64,000 nucleotides of DNA, from contig JAFQHP010000032.1 in NCBI GenBank assembly GCA_017397895.1, positions 95,785 through 159,784 of the forward strand, given 5' to 3'. Origin of the DNA: Clostridia bacterium (GTDB lineage Bacteria > Bacillota > Clostridia > Christensenellales > Aristaeellaceae). The notes beneath the pieces are model-generated. The model did not search any database. It was not told where the DNA came from and saw only the letters and a program-made list of their open reading frames with translations. Below, in pieces: positions 27,664 through 36,608 of this stretch. The translations under genes and the position numbers were made by a program. Within the stretch, counting starts at the first letter, position 1, and each line of letters starts with the position of its first letter.

Positions 27664-28803
27664 TCAGGCATCCATGGGGCTTTTTTGCGCGGCTCCATCC
27701 ACCAGCTGAAGCAATTCCCTTTCCCCCGCCAGCTCGCTGGGATGGGGATAGGTTTTCGTCATTTTTTCAAAAGCGGCCAGATATTTTTCAGCGCTTTCCT
27801 GATTGTTATCCGCCAGCACCGCCTTGGCATACTGGGCACGCAGAACGGAAGGGAAATTCTTCATGGTTTTTATGAACGCGTTCAGTTCCTTTTCTTCCAT
27901 CTTTTTTGCGTAACCGTCCTTCACGCCAAGGAGCAATTCACAAAAAGCAATTTCCAATGCAAGCAGGCTTCTGTAAATACCGGCCACATCCGGATCGTTC
28001 ACCAGGGAACGCATTTCCTGTTCAGCCGCCTGTACGTTCAATTGATCCATCAGCCGGTTACAGGCAAGCACCTCCATGGCGGTGACCATCATATTGTTCC
28101 GTTCGTTTTCAGGCGCTTTTTTAAACCATTCATCCGGCATATCCTTCAGCCGCTGGCCCATGGCAATGCAGTAATTGCTTTGCATCTGCAGCCAGAAGGC
28201 ACGCTTTGCAGCCGGGCTTTTGCTGATGGAAACGATGTTGCTGCCATCGTTATTGACGGTTTTGCTGCTAAAGGGAATCAGATTGGTGGCCCCAAGCAGC
28301 ACCCCGCTGATCAGCACCATCCAAAGGCACAACTGTACATCATCATTCTTTACCACAAACAACAATACGCCGCAGATGGCAGAAAGAATGAAATTGGCCA
28401 GCCCGCCGCCGAGATTATACCATACATAGGGGAAATTGCCGTTATTGTATTTGGGCGGCTGCATCAGGCATTGCCCGCCGGTACCGGCCAGAGAAAAATG
28501 GGAACGATGGATTTTGCCGTCCTTTTGCTTTTCCCACATCAGGCTTCCAATCCGGAAGCTGAGAAAACGATACCCGGTCATCAGCCCGGCCACCATATGC
28601 CCCGCTTCATGCACTACAAGATGTACCAGGAAAGCGGCAATGAAAGCAGCATAAGCAATCAGGAACTTTGAAAAGTCCGGCTCCTGTTCACTTTCCCCCA
28701 TCGCTATGCCAATGAAAGCACCCAAAGCCAGGCAGCACAGGAAGAAAATGACGGTACCCCAGGGGAATTTCTTTTTCTGCTGGGTTTTCTTTTGCTCGGT
28801 CAT
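27664..28803 (-). CDS. M50-like membrane zinc metalloprotease with C-terminal helical domain
   Basis: It has HEAGH in a TM helix and a later NLIPFSSKTVNNDG, which fits the NxxP..DG third-ligand motif. The C-terminal soluble alpha-helical part is about 170 aa. Confidence 0.65.
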   Translation of the reverse strand: MTEQKKTQQKKKFPWGTVIFFLCCLALGAFIGIAMGESEQEPDFSKFLIAYAAFIAAFLVHLVVHEAGHMVAGLMTGYRFLSFRIGSLMWEKQKDGKIHRSHFSLAGTGGQCLMQPPKYNNGNFPYVWYNLGGGLANFILSAICGVLLFVVKNDDVQLCLWMVLISGVLLGATNLIPFSSKTVNNDGSNIVSISKSPAAKRAFWLQMQSNYCIAMGQRLKDMPDEWFKKAPENERNNMMVTAMEVLACNRLMDQLNVQAAEQEMRSLVNDPDVAGIYRSLLALEIAFCELLLGVKDGYAKKMEEKELNAFIKTMKNFPSVLRAQYAKAVLADNNQESAEKYLAAFEKMTKTYPHPSELAGERELLQLVDGAAQKSPMDA

Positions 28804-28815
28804 TGCATTTCTCCT

Positions 28816-29688
28816 TTATTCCACGTTCTGCACCTGTTCGCGGATTTTTTCAATCTCGCTCTTGGCAGCCACTACCAGCTTTGCAATCTCTGCGTCAGAC
28901 GCCTTGGAGCCGATGGTATTCACTTCCCGGTTCAGTTCCTGGGTGAGAAAATCAAGCCGCCGACCCACTTCGCCGTCCTGCTCCATGGTGGCACGGAACT
29001 GGGCAAAATGGGACACCAGGCGGGAAAGTTCTTCATCGATGGCGCATTTGTCCGCCATCAGGGCCACTTCCTGAGAAAGCCTCACGGGGTCAATTTCCTT
29101 CACGCCCATTTCGGAAAGCCGAATCTGCAGCTTTTCCTGATAGGCCCTGGGGACCCCCGGCGCCAGCTTTTCAATTTCATCCCGCAGGGCGGAAAGCTGA
29201 TCCAGATGGAAGGCAAGATCCTTTTTCAAGTTTTCCCCTTCTGCTTCCCGCATCCGGCACACATCGGAAAGCACATCTGCCAGCGTATCGCGGATCAATT
29301 GCTGCACAGCCTCCTGATCCTCTTCGCAAACGGAAATGCTGATCACATCCTGCTGGGTGGCAATGAAGGAAGGGCTGCAGGGCTGCTCATTGCCGATCAG
29401 GCGGCCGATTTTCAGATACGCATCGGCATACTTTTTTACCAGCGCTTCGTCCAGAATCAATTCCCTGGCGTCGGCACGGGTGTTGCGGTAGGTCATATTT
29501 ACATCCGCATGGCCCCGCTTCAGGCTTTCGCCCATCTGCTTTCTGATGCCGTCCTCGGCAAATGCAAAAGCCCGGGGCAAACGAAAAGCAATATCCAGGA
29601 AACGGTGGTTCACCGTCTTTACTTCCACTGTCAACTCACGGCCGTCCACCAATACCTGCTTGCGGCCATAACCCGTCATGCTGCGCAT
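28816..29688 (-). CDS. yicC: YicC/YloC family protein
   Basis: It has the N-terminal MTGYGR and the C-terminal ELNREVNTIGSKA. The start at ATG 29688 follows AAGGAGG. Confidence 0.88.
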   Translation of the reverse strand: MRSMTGYGRKQVLVDGRELTVEVKTVNHRFLDIAFRLPRAFAFAEDGIRKQMGESLKRGHADVNMTYRNTRADARELILDEALVKKYADAYLKIGRLIGNEQPCSPSFIATQQDVISISVCEEDQEAVQQLIRDTLADVLSDVCRMREAEGENLKKDLAFHLDQLSALRDEIEKLAPGVPRAYQEKLQIRLSEMGVKEIDPVRLSQEVALMADKCAIDEELSRLVSHFAQFRATMEQDGEVGRRLDFLTQELNREVNTIGSKASDAEIAKLVVAAKSEIEKIREQVQNVE

Positions 29689-29847
29689 AGAAAAGACTCC
29701 TCCTTTTAACCTTATTATTATAGCACATTCTGCACTCTTCTGCAAAGCCCGTTTTGACGCTTTTCACAACAAAATTTGTATAAAGAAAAGCACCACCACT
29801 TTGTACAAGCAATGATGCCCTTTGAATTGTTTTGATAATAATGATAC

Positions 29848-29928
29848 GGTTTCAAATGGATTCATGTGGTTTCAATCAAAAATGAAACTATTAGGCGGGA
29901 AGTGAAACTCTCTTTTAGGACTGAAACT
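29848..29928. repeat. array of five phased GTTTCA/TGAAAC hexamers
   Basis: GTTTCA occurs at 29849 and 29869. TGAAAC occurs at 29883, 29903 and 29922. Spacing is 19-20 bp, and the inner pair forms GTTTCA-N8-TGAAAC. Confidence 0.5.
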
Positions 29929-29955
29929 ATGCTGATCTGTTTATCAAATTAGAAT

Positions 29956-30264
29956 TTAGAAAACTCCTTTATTGTACTTCCTTTGTACAGCAACAATACA
30001 GCCTATGCCAATCACCAAGCCTATGATAAGTATAGCAATGGCAAGTATAAGCAAATTTTCAAATAATCCTATAATGCCACTGAGCAGCATTACAGTTGCG
30101 ATAACAAGCATTTCTTTTCCGAAGGCTTTTCCGTAGGCTGATTTATCTGTGACTTTTGTTTGGTGGTAATCATGAATCAAATCGGTTTTGCCCTTGTAAA
30201 TTGAAATACCCAATACCGTAAACAGAGCTGCAACCAGAAACATAATAATGGAATACACTAACAT
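29956..30264 (-). CDS. small three-TM membrane protein (DUF3784-like)
   Basis: 102 aa with hydrophobic spans flanking KGKTDLIHDYHQTK. The gene is AT-rich, at 37-38% G+C in two hand-counted 60-nt lines. Confidence 0.55.
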   Translation of the reverse strand: MLVYSIIMFLVAALFTVLGISIYKGKTDLIHDYHQTKVTDKSAYGKAFGKEMLVIATVMLLSGIIGLFENLLILAIAILIIGLVIGIGCIVAVQRKYNKGVF

Positions 30265-30336
30265 ATTGATGCCTCCACAAATTCAACTTTGTCGAATAGA
30301 TTGTATCAAATTGCTGTGTAAATATCAACCAATACA

Positions 30337-30374
30337 GAAAAAGCACGATGGTTTCGTATCAAAACCATCGTGCT
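30337..30374 (-). terminator. intrinsic terminator after tRNA-Leu(GAG)
   Basis: A 13-bp stem AGCACGATGGTTT/AAACCATCGTGCT is followed by a T-run on the minus strand. Confidence 0.8.
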
Positions 30375-30378
30375 TATT

Positions 30379-30463
30379 TGGTGCGGTCGACGGGACTTGA
30401 ACCCGTACTCGGTTAAGAACACGCCCCTCAAACGTGCGCGTATGCCAATTCCGCCACGACCGC
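30379..30463 (-). tRNA. tRNA-Leu (anticodon GAG), CCA encoded
   Basis: The minus strand reads GCGGTCGTGGCGGAATTGG...CACGT-TTGAGGG-GCGTG. It has a long variable arm, GGTTCAAGTCC and CGACCGCACCA. Confidence 0.93.
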
Positions 30464-30492
30464 ATGCACGCCTTTCAGCGGCAGCAAATAGG

Positions 30493-30521
30493 ATTATAAT
30501 GTACCTTGCAGCTTTTGTCAA
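30493..30521 (-). promoter_or_regulatory. sigma-A type promoter of tRNA-Leu(GAG)
   Basis: On the minus strand: TTGACA (30521-30516), 17 nt, TATAAT (30498-30493). Confidence 0.65.
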
Positions 30522-30553
30522 GTCATTTCCAAAGATTTTTGTTGGATTGGCTG

Positions 30554-31372
30554 TCAGGTATTTTCTGCGGCGCACATTTCACGCTCTGCCTTCACTTCTT
30601 CCAGCCAGAGTTTCTCCTTCTTGGTCAGCTCTGCCTTCTCCAGCATTTCGGGACGTCTGTCCAGCGTAGCCAGGATAGCCTGCTCCCTGCGCCATTTGTT
30701 GATCTTGGCATGATCGCCGTTCAATAGAACTTCCGGCACTTCCATCCCCTCAAAAACGCGGGGACGGGTGTATTGGGGATATTCCAACAGCCCGGCCACA
30801 GAGAAACTTTCATCCTCTGCGCTTTCGCTGCTGCCCAGCACGCCGGGGATCAGCCGGCTGACGCAATCGGCAATCACCATGGCCCCCAGTTCGCCGCCGG
30901 TGAGCACATAATCCCCCAGGGAAATTTCCATATCGATGTATTTTTCCAGCACACGCTGGTCCACACCCTCATAATGGCCGCACAAAAGCAGCAAATGCTC
31001 TTCCCGGGCCAATTGCTCCGCCACACGCTGAGTGAACGGCACGCCCTTTGGAGACAGATAGATGCGAAGCATCCGTTTCTCATCAGCATTACATACCGCA
31101 GTCTGTTTTTCGGAAGTGTTGTCCACACAAGGCATTTCCCGCTTTTTGCACACATCCCGGATGGCATCCGCAATGGGCTGAGGGGTCATCAGCATACCGG
31201 CGCCGCCGCCAAAGGGATAATCGTCCGTATTCTTGTGTTTTAAAACAGAATACGGTCTGATATCGGTACATTCAACACTGATCAGGCCCTTTTCACGGGC
31301 ACGGCCCATGATGGACGTGTTCAGAACGCTTTCAAACATCTCCGGAAATACGGTGAGGATATCGATGGTCAT
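30554..31372 (-). CDS. trmD: tRNA (guanine37-N1)-methyltransferase
   Basis: Motifs are [27 protein letters not shown] and GDYVLTGGE. The start is at MTIDILT. Confidence 0.93.
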   Translation of the reverse strand: MTIDILTVFPEMFESVLNTSIMGRAREKGLISVECTDIRPYSVLKHKNTDDYPFGGGAGMLMTPQPIADAIRDVCKKREMPCVDNTSEKQTAVCNADEKRMLRIYLSPKGVPFTQRVAEQLAREEHLLLLCGHYEGVDQRVLEKYIDMEISLGDYVLTGGELGAMVIADCVSRLIPGVLGSSESAEDESFSVAGLLEYPQYTRPRVFEGMEVPEVLLNGDHAKINKWRREQAILATLDRRPEMLEKAELTKKEKLWLEEVKAEREMCAAENT

Positions 31373-31390
31373 CTGTCTTCTCTCCAATGC

Positions 31391-31927
31391 TCATTCCCAG
31401 TCACAAACGGCCACTTCATGCAGGCGGCTTTCATCAACCGTTACAAAGCCGTTTTCCGTCTGCACGTCAATGACGATATGCAAAAGTGCCGGCAGCAGCA
31501 TTTCGCCCTGCTTGCACTTCACCACATACACGTCATTGCCGCCGGGCTGCAAAACGTCCTTGATTTTGCCCAGCGCCTGGCCTGCCCTGTCCCGCACTTC
31601 ACAGCCGATCAGATCGCAGATGAAGGTTTCGTTTTCCGCCAGTTCCACAGCGTTTGCACGGTCAATATAGAGCATGGTGCCCCGCTGTTTTTCGGCCAGA
31701 TCCCTGTCCTGTACGCCCCCAAGGCACAGGTATACAGCGTCTTCCCGGACGCTCACTTCCTCCACCTTCACTTTTTCATACGCATCGCCTTTTTTGACAA
31801 ACACATATTTCAGGTCCAGAAAGCGTTCGGGATCGTCCGTATCGGGGCGCACCTTCACAAGCCCCTTGATTCCCTGAGGCTTGAGCACCTGGCCGATCAG
31901 CAAATATTCACTCAGCATGGTTTCCAT
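31391..31927 (-). CDS. rimM: 16S rRNA processing protein RimM
   Basis: It has the motif GQVLKPQGIKGLVKV and a PRC-barrel C-terminus. It sits upstream of trmD. Confidence 0.9.
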   Translation of the reverse strand: METMLSEYLLIGQVLKPQGIKGLVKVRPDTDDPERFLDLKYVFVKKGDAYEKVKVEEVSVREDAVYLCLGGVQDRDLAEKQRGTMLYIDRANAVELAENETFICDLIGCEVRDRAGQALGKIKDVLQPGGNDVYVVKCKQGEMLLPALLHIVIDVQTENGFVTVDESRLHEVAVCDWE

Positions 31928-31978
31928 TCCTTTCTCAAAGAAAAAGCGGACAGCACACCGGCCATCCGCTTTTTTCTT

Positions 31979-32206
31979 TTACTGAATTTCGACAAAAACG
32001 GGCTTAGCATTCTTGTCCGTAGCGGCCTTCACCACAGTACGGATGGCTTTTGCAATTCGGCCTTGCTTGCCGATGACCTTGCCCATGTCTTCCTGTGCAA
32101 CGGACAATTCCAAAATGATGGCTTCGGGGCCTTCCGTTTCCATCACCTGCACAGCGTCGGGCTGATCCACAAGCGTCTTTGCCAGAAACAGGACGAGTTC
32201 GCGCAT
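31979..32206 (-). CDS. KH-domain RNA-binding protein (YlqC-like)
   Basis: 75 aa with VIGKQGRIAKAIRTVV. It lies between rpsP and rimM. Confidence 0.85.
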   Translation of the reverse strand: MRELVLFLAKTLVDQPDAVQVMETEGPEAIILELSVAQEDMGKVIGKQGRIAKAIRTVVKAATDKNAKPVFVEIQ

Positions 32207-32240
32207 GGAATTCCCTTTCTTCGCTTTAAGCGAGGCTTTT

Positions 32241-32489
32241 TCAGCCTTCGATGGCGCCGCTCTTCTTGAGCAGGATGCGCACGGTGTCGGTGGGCTGAGC
32301 GCCGTTCTTCATCCATTCGGCGGCCTTTTCATTGTTCACCTTGATTTCGGCGGGCTGCTTCATGGGATCATAGTAGCCGATTTCTTCGATGAAACGGCCA
32401 TCACGGGGGGAGCGGCAGTCGGCCACAACGATGCGGTAGAAGGGATGCTTCTTCATGCCCATTCTCTTGAGACGGATTTTCACAGCCAT
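32241..32489 (-). CDS. rpsP: 30S ribosomal protein S16
   Basis: It begins [24 protein letters not shown]. The start at 32489 follows AGGAGGAAC. Confidence 0.94.
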   Translation of the reverse strand: MAVKIRLKRMGMKKHPFYRIVVADCRSPRDGRFIEEIGYYDPMKQPAEIKVNNEKAAEWMKNGAQPTDTVRILLKKSGAIEG

Positions 32490-32566
32490 GGTATTGTTCC
32501 TCCTGAAAAATGAAATGTAATCTATGGTAATCATAATTGCTATGATAACCGCAAACTAATTGAGAT

Positions 32567-33898
32567 TCAGCGGATGTTCATATTGCGCATGCTGCGCATC
32601 ATCGCTTTCTTATTGCCCATCATCTGCTTCATCATTTTCTGCATCTGCTCAAACTGACGCATCAGGGCGTTCACGTCCTGCACCTGCACACCGGCGCCGG
32701 CGGCAATACGCTTGCGGCGGGATGCATTGAGGATACCGGGGTTCCTGCGTTCCTTCATGGTCATGGAGCAGATGATGGCTTCGGGCTTTTTCAGGGCGTT
32801 TTCGTCCACTTCCACGTCCTTCAGCTTGCCGCCGATGCCGGGCAGCATGCCCAGTACATTCTTCAGCGGGCCCATCTTTTTGATCTGCTTCATCTGATCC
32901 AGGAAATCGTTCAGGTCAAAATCGGTGGGGTTCTTTTTGTTCTTCAGCTTTTCTTCCAGCTCGGCATCCGAGGATTCCACAGCCTTTTCGATCAGCGTTA
33001 GCACGTCGCCCATGCCCAGGATGCGGCTGGCCATACGTTCGGGATGGAAGGGCTCAATATCCCCCAGCTTTTCGCCGGTACCGGAGAACTTGATGGGCTT
33101 GCCCGTCACGGCCCGCACGGAAAGGGCGGCGCCGCCGCGGGTATCGCTGTCCAGCTTGGTGATGATCACGCCGTCAATGGACAGCTTTTCATCGAAGGAC
33201 TTGGCCACATTCACGGCGTCCTGACCGGTCATCGCGTCCACAACCAGCAGAATTTCCTGGGGCTTGACGGCCTTTTTCACATCTTCCAATTCCTGCATCA
33301 GGCCTTCGTCGATGTGGAGGCGGCCGGCGGTGTCGATGATGAGCACGTCCCGGCCATAGTACCGGGCGTATTCGATGGCTTCCAGCGCCGTTTTCACGGG
33401 GCTCTGGGTGCCCTTTTCGAAGACAGGCACCTTCACCTGTTCACCCACCACCTGCAGCTGCTTGATGGCAGCAGGACGGTAAATATCGCAGGCAGCCAGC
33501 ATGGGCTTTTTGCCCTGCTTGGTCAGATACCCGGCCAGCTTGGCCGCCATGGTGGTTTTACCGGCGCCCTGCAAACCACAGAGCATGTAGATCGTGGGAA
33601 CGGAAGGAGACCAGGTAAGCTTGGCGTTCTGCCCGCCCATCAGGGAAGTCAATTCTTCGTTTACGATCTTGATTACCTGCTGGCCGGCGTTCAGGTTGGC
33701 CAGGATCTCGGCGCCGACACAGCGCTCCGTCACCCGCTTTACAAAATCCTTCACCACCAGGTAGTTGACGTCGGCTTCCAGCAATGCCATCCGCACTTCA
33801 CGCATGGCGTCCTTGATGTTCTGTTCATTCAGCTTGCCCTTACCGGTCAGCTTCTTAAACGCATTTTGAAGTTTTGAAGACAGGCCTTCAAATGCCAT
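32567..33898 (-). CDS. ffh: signal recognition particle protein
   Basis: Motifs are GLQGAGKTT and DTAGR, plus a Met-rich M domain. Confidence 0.96.
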   Translation of the reverse strand: MAFEGLSSKLQNAFKKLTGKGKLNEQNIKDAMREVRMALLEADVNYLVVKDFVKRVTERCVGAEILANLNAGQQVIKIVNEELTSLMGGQNAKLTWSPSVPTIYMLCGLQGAGKTTMAAKLAGYLTKQGKKPMLAACDIYRPAAIKQLQVVGEQVKVPVFEKGTQSPVKTALEAIEYARYYGRDVLIIDTAGRLHIDEGLMQELEDVKKAVKPQEILLVVDAMTGQDAVNVAKSFDEKLSIDGVIITKLDSDTRGGAALSVRAVTGKPIKFSGTGEKLGDIEPFHPERMASRILGMGDVLTLIEKAVESSDAELEEKLKNKKNPTDFDLNDFLDQMKQIKKMGPLKNVLGMLPGIGGKLKDVEVDENALKKPEAIICSMTMKERRNPGILNASRRKRIAAGAGVQVQDVNALMRQFEQMQKMMKQMMGNKKAMMRSMRNMNIR

Positions 33899-34270
33899 TT
33901 ACATATCCTCCTGTGCCAGCAAAGCGCCGATGATATTCCGTGCGTTTTGCAGGTGCTGTTTGCTTTCATCCGTGGGAGTCACCTTTTCCAGCGCTTCCCC
34001 GCATGCCTGCAGGCCCTTTTCCAGCCGCTCAAAGCGGGCAGCCAGGCCTAGCTTTGTTTCAAAATCGGTGAGGGTTTTTTCCACCCGGGATACGGTGTCA
34101 TGGATGCTTTGGCGGCTGACGGAAAATTGCTGGGCAATCTCGCCCAGGGAATAATCCTCTTCAAAGTACAGCCGGGCAATCTCCCTTTGGTTATCCTTCA
34201 GCATCTCGCCATAGAAAGCCAGATACCAGGAAAGCTGTACCTTCTTTTCCATTGCGGCTTGCTTTTCCAT
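33899..34270 (-). CDS. ylxM: YlxM (UPF0122) putative DNA-binding protein
   Basis: The sigma-70 region-4-like HTH is SLGEIAQQFSVSRQSIHD. It sits directly upstream of ffh. Confidence 0.85.
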   Translation of the reverse strand: MEKQAAMEKKVQLSWYLAFYGEMLKDNQREIARLYFEEDYSLGEIAQQFSVSRQSIHDTVSRVEKTLTDFETKLGLAARFERLEKGLQACGEALEKVTPTDESKQHLQNARNIIGALLAQEDM

Positions 34271-34520
34271 GTTCCCTCCTGTCAAGCCCTTTTGCTTGAC
34301 ACAAAGCATATTATACAGCTTTTTCCGTCATTGTCAAGTGTTTTTCCTTTACACACAGTAATTTTTTTCAATTCTTTTTGTGATCTGTAAATCAGGCGCT
34401 GTTCTGCGCAAAAATACGCATCATTTTCTTTCCTGTCAGCCATCTATTGACAAAAGGACAAAATAATCCATATAATATGTTCAGATACAATTTTGTTCAT
34501 CAAGAAAAGGAGTGCACACC

Positions 34521-36479
34521 ATGAAAAAAACACTCATCCTGGCGCTTGTCATTATGGCCGTTGGCCTGTGCGGCGCTTTCGCCGAAGAAACCGTTTTCAA
34601 TTTCGATGACGGCTCCAACCCCGGCTTCTTCCAGAGCGGCAGCTGCTCCGTTTCCGTCAAGAGCGGCACTGCCCATTCCGGTGAATATGCCCTGGCTGTC
34701 ACCGGCCGCGCTTCCAATGACTATGACGCTGCGGACTATAAATACCAAAGCCTGAACATTGCTGCCGGCGATACCGTCACCATTTCCTTCTGGGCCTATC
34801 ATGAAGGCGAAAACGAAGGCGTGATCAGCGTCAGCAATGCGGCAGGCGACTATGCCATCCTGGCTTCCAAGAAGGTTCCCGGCAATACCTGGACGGAGAT
34901 CTCCGGTACCTTTACCGTGAACGCCGCCCAGAACCTGCGTTTCAAAACCGATAACACCCTGGTGGGCGTCGATTACTACATCGACGACGTTCAAGTAATT
35001 GTAGAAAAGCCTGAAGATGCCGTCCCTGCAGAAGATACCTTCCAGCCCTATGCTTCTGATTTTTCCGCCGGTACCGACGGCTGGTATGCCCGCAGCGCAG
35101 GCACTGCCGCCGTTGAAGTGAAGGATGGCGCACTGCACATTTCCGGCCGTACCGCCACCTGGAACTCCCCCGGCCGTGACTTTGACCTGATTGCCGGCAA
35201 CACCTACCGCATCAGCCTGCTTGTCAAGCAGGAAGAAAAGGACACTGCGGAATTCATGCTGTCCGCTGCCCATTCCAAGAACGGCAAGGAATCCTACGAA
35301 AATATTGTGAAGGTCAAGGCCAAAAAGGGTGAATGGACGCTGATTGACGGCACCTATGCCCCTGCCCAGTATGACAACTACATCCTCTATGTGGAAACCT
35401 CCGGCGGCAATATGGATTTCGCCATCAAGGAAATCTATGTGGAAAACAACGAAATCAAATTCCCGGAAAACCTGGCTTCCCTGAAGGAAGTGTATGCCCC
35501 TTACTTTGATTTCGGTTCCGCCGTGTGCCAGGCTGAAGCCATTGATACCAAGCGCATGGATTTCTACGCTTCCCAATTTTCCATCCTTACCCCCGGCAAC
35601 GAACTGAAGCCCGATTCCGTGCTGGACGTGGTCACCAGCCGCCGCCTGGCCAAGGAAGATGATACCGCCGTTGCCATCAACCTGGATGCTGCCAAGCCCT
35701 TGCTGGACTACTGCTGGAAAAACGGCATCAAGGTGCACGGCCATGTGCTGGTGTGGTATCAGCAGACCCCCGACACCTTCTTCCGCCAGGGCTACATCTC
35801 CCGCAATGATTATGTGTCCCGGGATGTGATGCTGGCCCGCCTTGAAAACTACATCAAGCTTGTGCTGGAAGAAACCGAACGCCTCTACCCCGGCCTCATC
35901 GTCAGCTGGGACGTGGTGAATGAAGCGGTAAACGATGGCAAGAGCACCCTGCGGGAATGCACCTGGACACAGGTGGTGGGCGAAGATTATGTGGAAAAGG
36001 CCTTTGAATTTGCCCGCAAGTATGCCCGGGAAGATATGATCCTTTGCTACAACGATTATTCCACCCCCTACGAACCCAAGCTTACCGGCATCTGCAATTT
36101 GCTGGACAAGCTGGTGGAAGACGGTACCATCGACTGCTACGGCTTCCAGGCCCACTATCAGGTGCAATCCTCTTCCCCCTCTGAACGGGATATCGAAAAG
36201 GCCATGAAGAAAGTGATCGAAAAGGGCCTGAAAATCCGCATCAGCGAACTGGATATCGAAATCTCCCAGAACGTGGAACAGAGCCACAAATATCAGGCGA
36301 ACCGCTACGAAAATCTGATGAAGCTGTTCACCAAATATGCAGACAACATTCTTGCCGTGCAGGTGTGGGGCGTCACGGACGACCTGAGCTGGAAAGCCGA
36401 CAAGTATCCCCTGCTGTTTGACCGCAAGGTGCAGCCCAAGCCTGCCTTCTATGCCCTGGTGGAAAACGTGGTCAAGTAA
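34521..36479 (+). CDS. secreted endo-1,4-beta-xylanase, GH10 with two N-terminal CBM22-like modules
   Basis: The signal peptide is MKKTLILALVIMAVGLCGAFA. GH10 motifs are GNELKPD, WDVVNEA and ISELDI. The promoter is TTGACA-17-TATAAT at about 34449-34478. Confidence 0.9.
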   Translation: MKKTLILALVIMAVGLCGAFAEETVFNFDDGSNPGFFQSGSCSVSVKSGTAHSGEYALAVTGRASNDYDAADYKYQSLNIAAGDTVTISFWAYHEGENEGVISVSNAAGDYAILASKKVPGNTWTEISGTFTVNAAQNLRFKTDNTLVGVDYYIDDVQVIVEKPEDAVPAEDTFQPYASDFSAGTDGWYARSAGTAAVEVKDGALHISGRTATWNSPGRDFDLIAGNTYRISLLVKQEEKDTAEFMLSAAHSKNGKESYENIVKVKAKKGEWTLIDGTYAPAQYDNYILYVETSGGNMDFAIKEIYVENNEIKFPENLASLKEVYAPYFDFGSAVCQAEAIDTKRMDFYASQFSILTPGNELKPDSVLDVVTSRRLAKEDDTAVAINLDAAKPLLDYCWKNGIKVHGHVLVWYQQTPDTFFRQGYISRNDYVSRDVMLARLENYIKLVLEETERLYPGLIVSWDVVNEAVNDGKSTLRECTWTQVVGEDYVEKAFEFARKYAREDMILCYNDYSTPYEPKLTGICNLLDKLVEDGTIDCYGFQAHYQVQSSSPSERDIEKAMKKVIEKGLKIRISELDIEISQNVEQSHKYQANRYENLMKLFTKYADNILAVQVWGVTDDLSWKADKYPLLFDRKVQPKPAFYALVENVVK

Positions 36480-36496
36480 TCCTTTTGTTTCTTATT

Positions 36497-36522
36497 GCCC
36501 CTCCGGAATCCGGAGGGCTTTT
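36497..36522 (+). terminator. intrinsic terminator after the xylanase gene
   Basis: Hairpin GCCCCTCCGG-aat-CCGGAGGGC is followed by TTTT. Confidence 0.75.
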
Positions 36523-36608
36523 CGTTTGCCGCTTTGAAATAAGCGGTCTTTTCGCCCTTGTAAATGGACAAATTCTATTGTAAAATATGCATAAAGGGGT
36601 TGATTTAC

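Noticed and set aside
25110-27875. A 921-aa plus-strand ORF runs antisense across priA, coaBC, rpoZ, gmk and into the next gene.
   Set aside because: It is a codon-aligned shadow ORF. The starts of priA (23346), coaBC (25581), rpoZ (26790) and gmk (27024) are all congruent to 0 mod 3, as is the ORF start (25110). Stops in this antisense frame would require sense codons TTA, CTA or TCA, which these genes avoid. The ORF ends about 210 nt after entering the differently phased gene at 27664. Its translation is low-complexity (H/G/R/F-rich) with no motifs.
29746-29955. Small ORFs in the AT-rich spacer, for example a 33-codon minus-strand ORF MNPFETVSLLSKQFKGHHCLYKVVVLFFIQILL.
   Set aside because: It has no Shine-Dalgarno sequence and no recognisable features. 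The region is better explained as non-coding DNA carrying the hexamer array.
31067-31153. TrmD has roughly 15 extra residues with three Cys ([29 protein letters not shown]) before the YLSPKG motif.
   Set aside because: This is a short loop insertion in a variable region. There is no evidence for an inserted domain or an intein, and the flanking catalytic motifs are intact.
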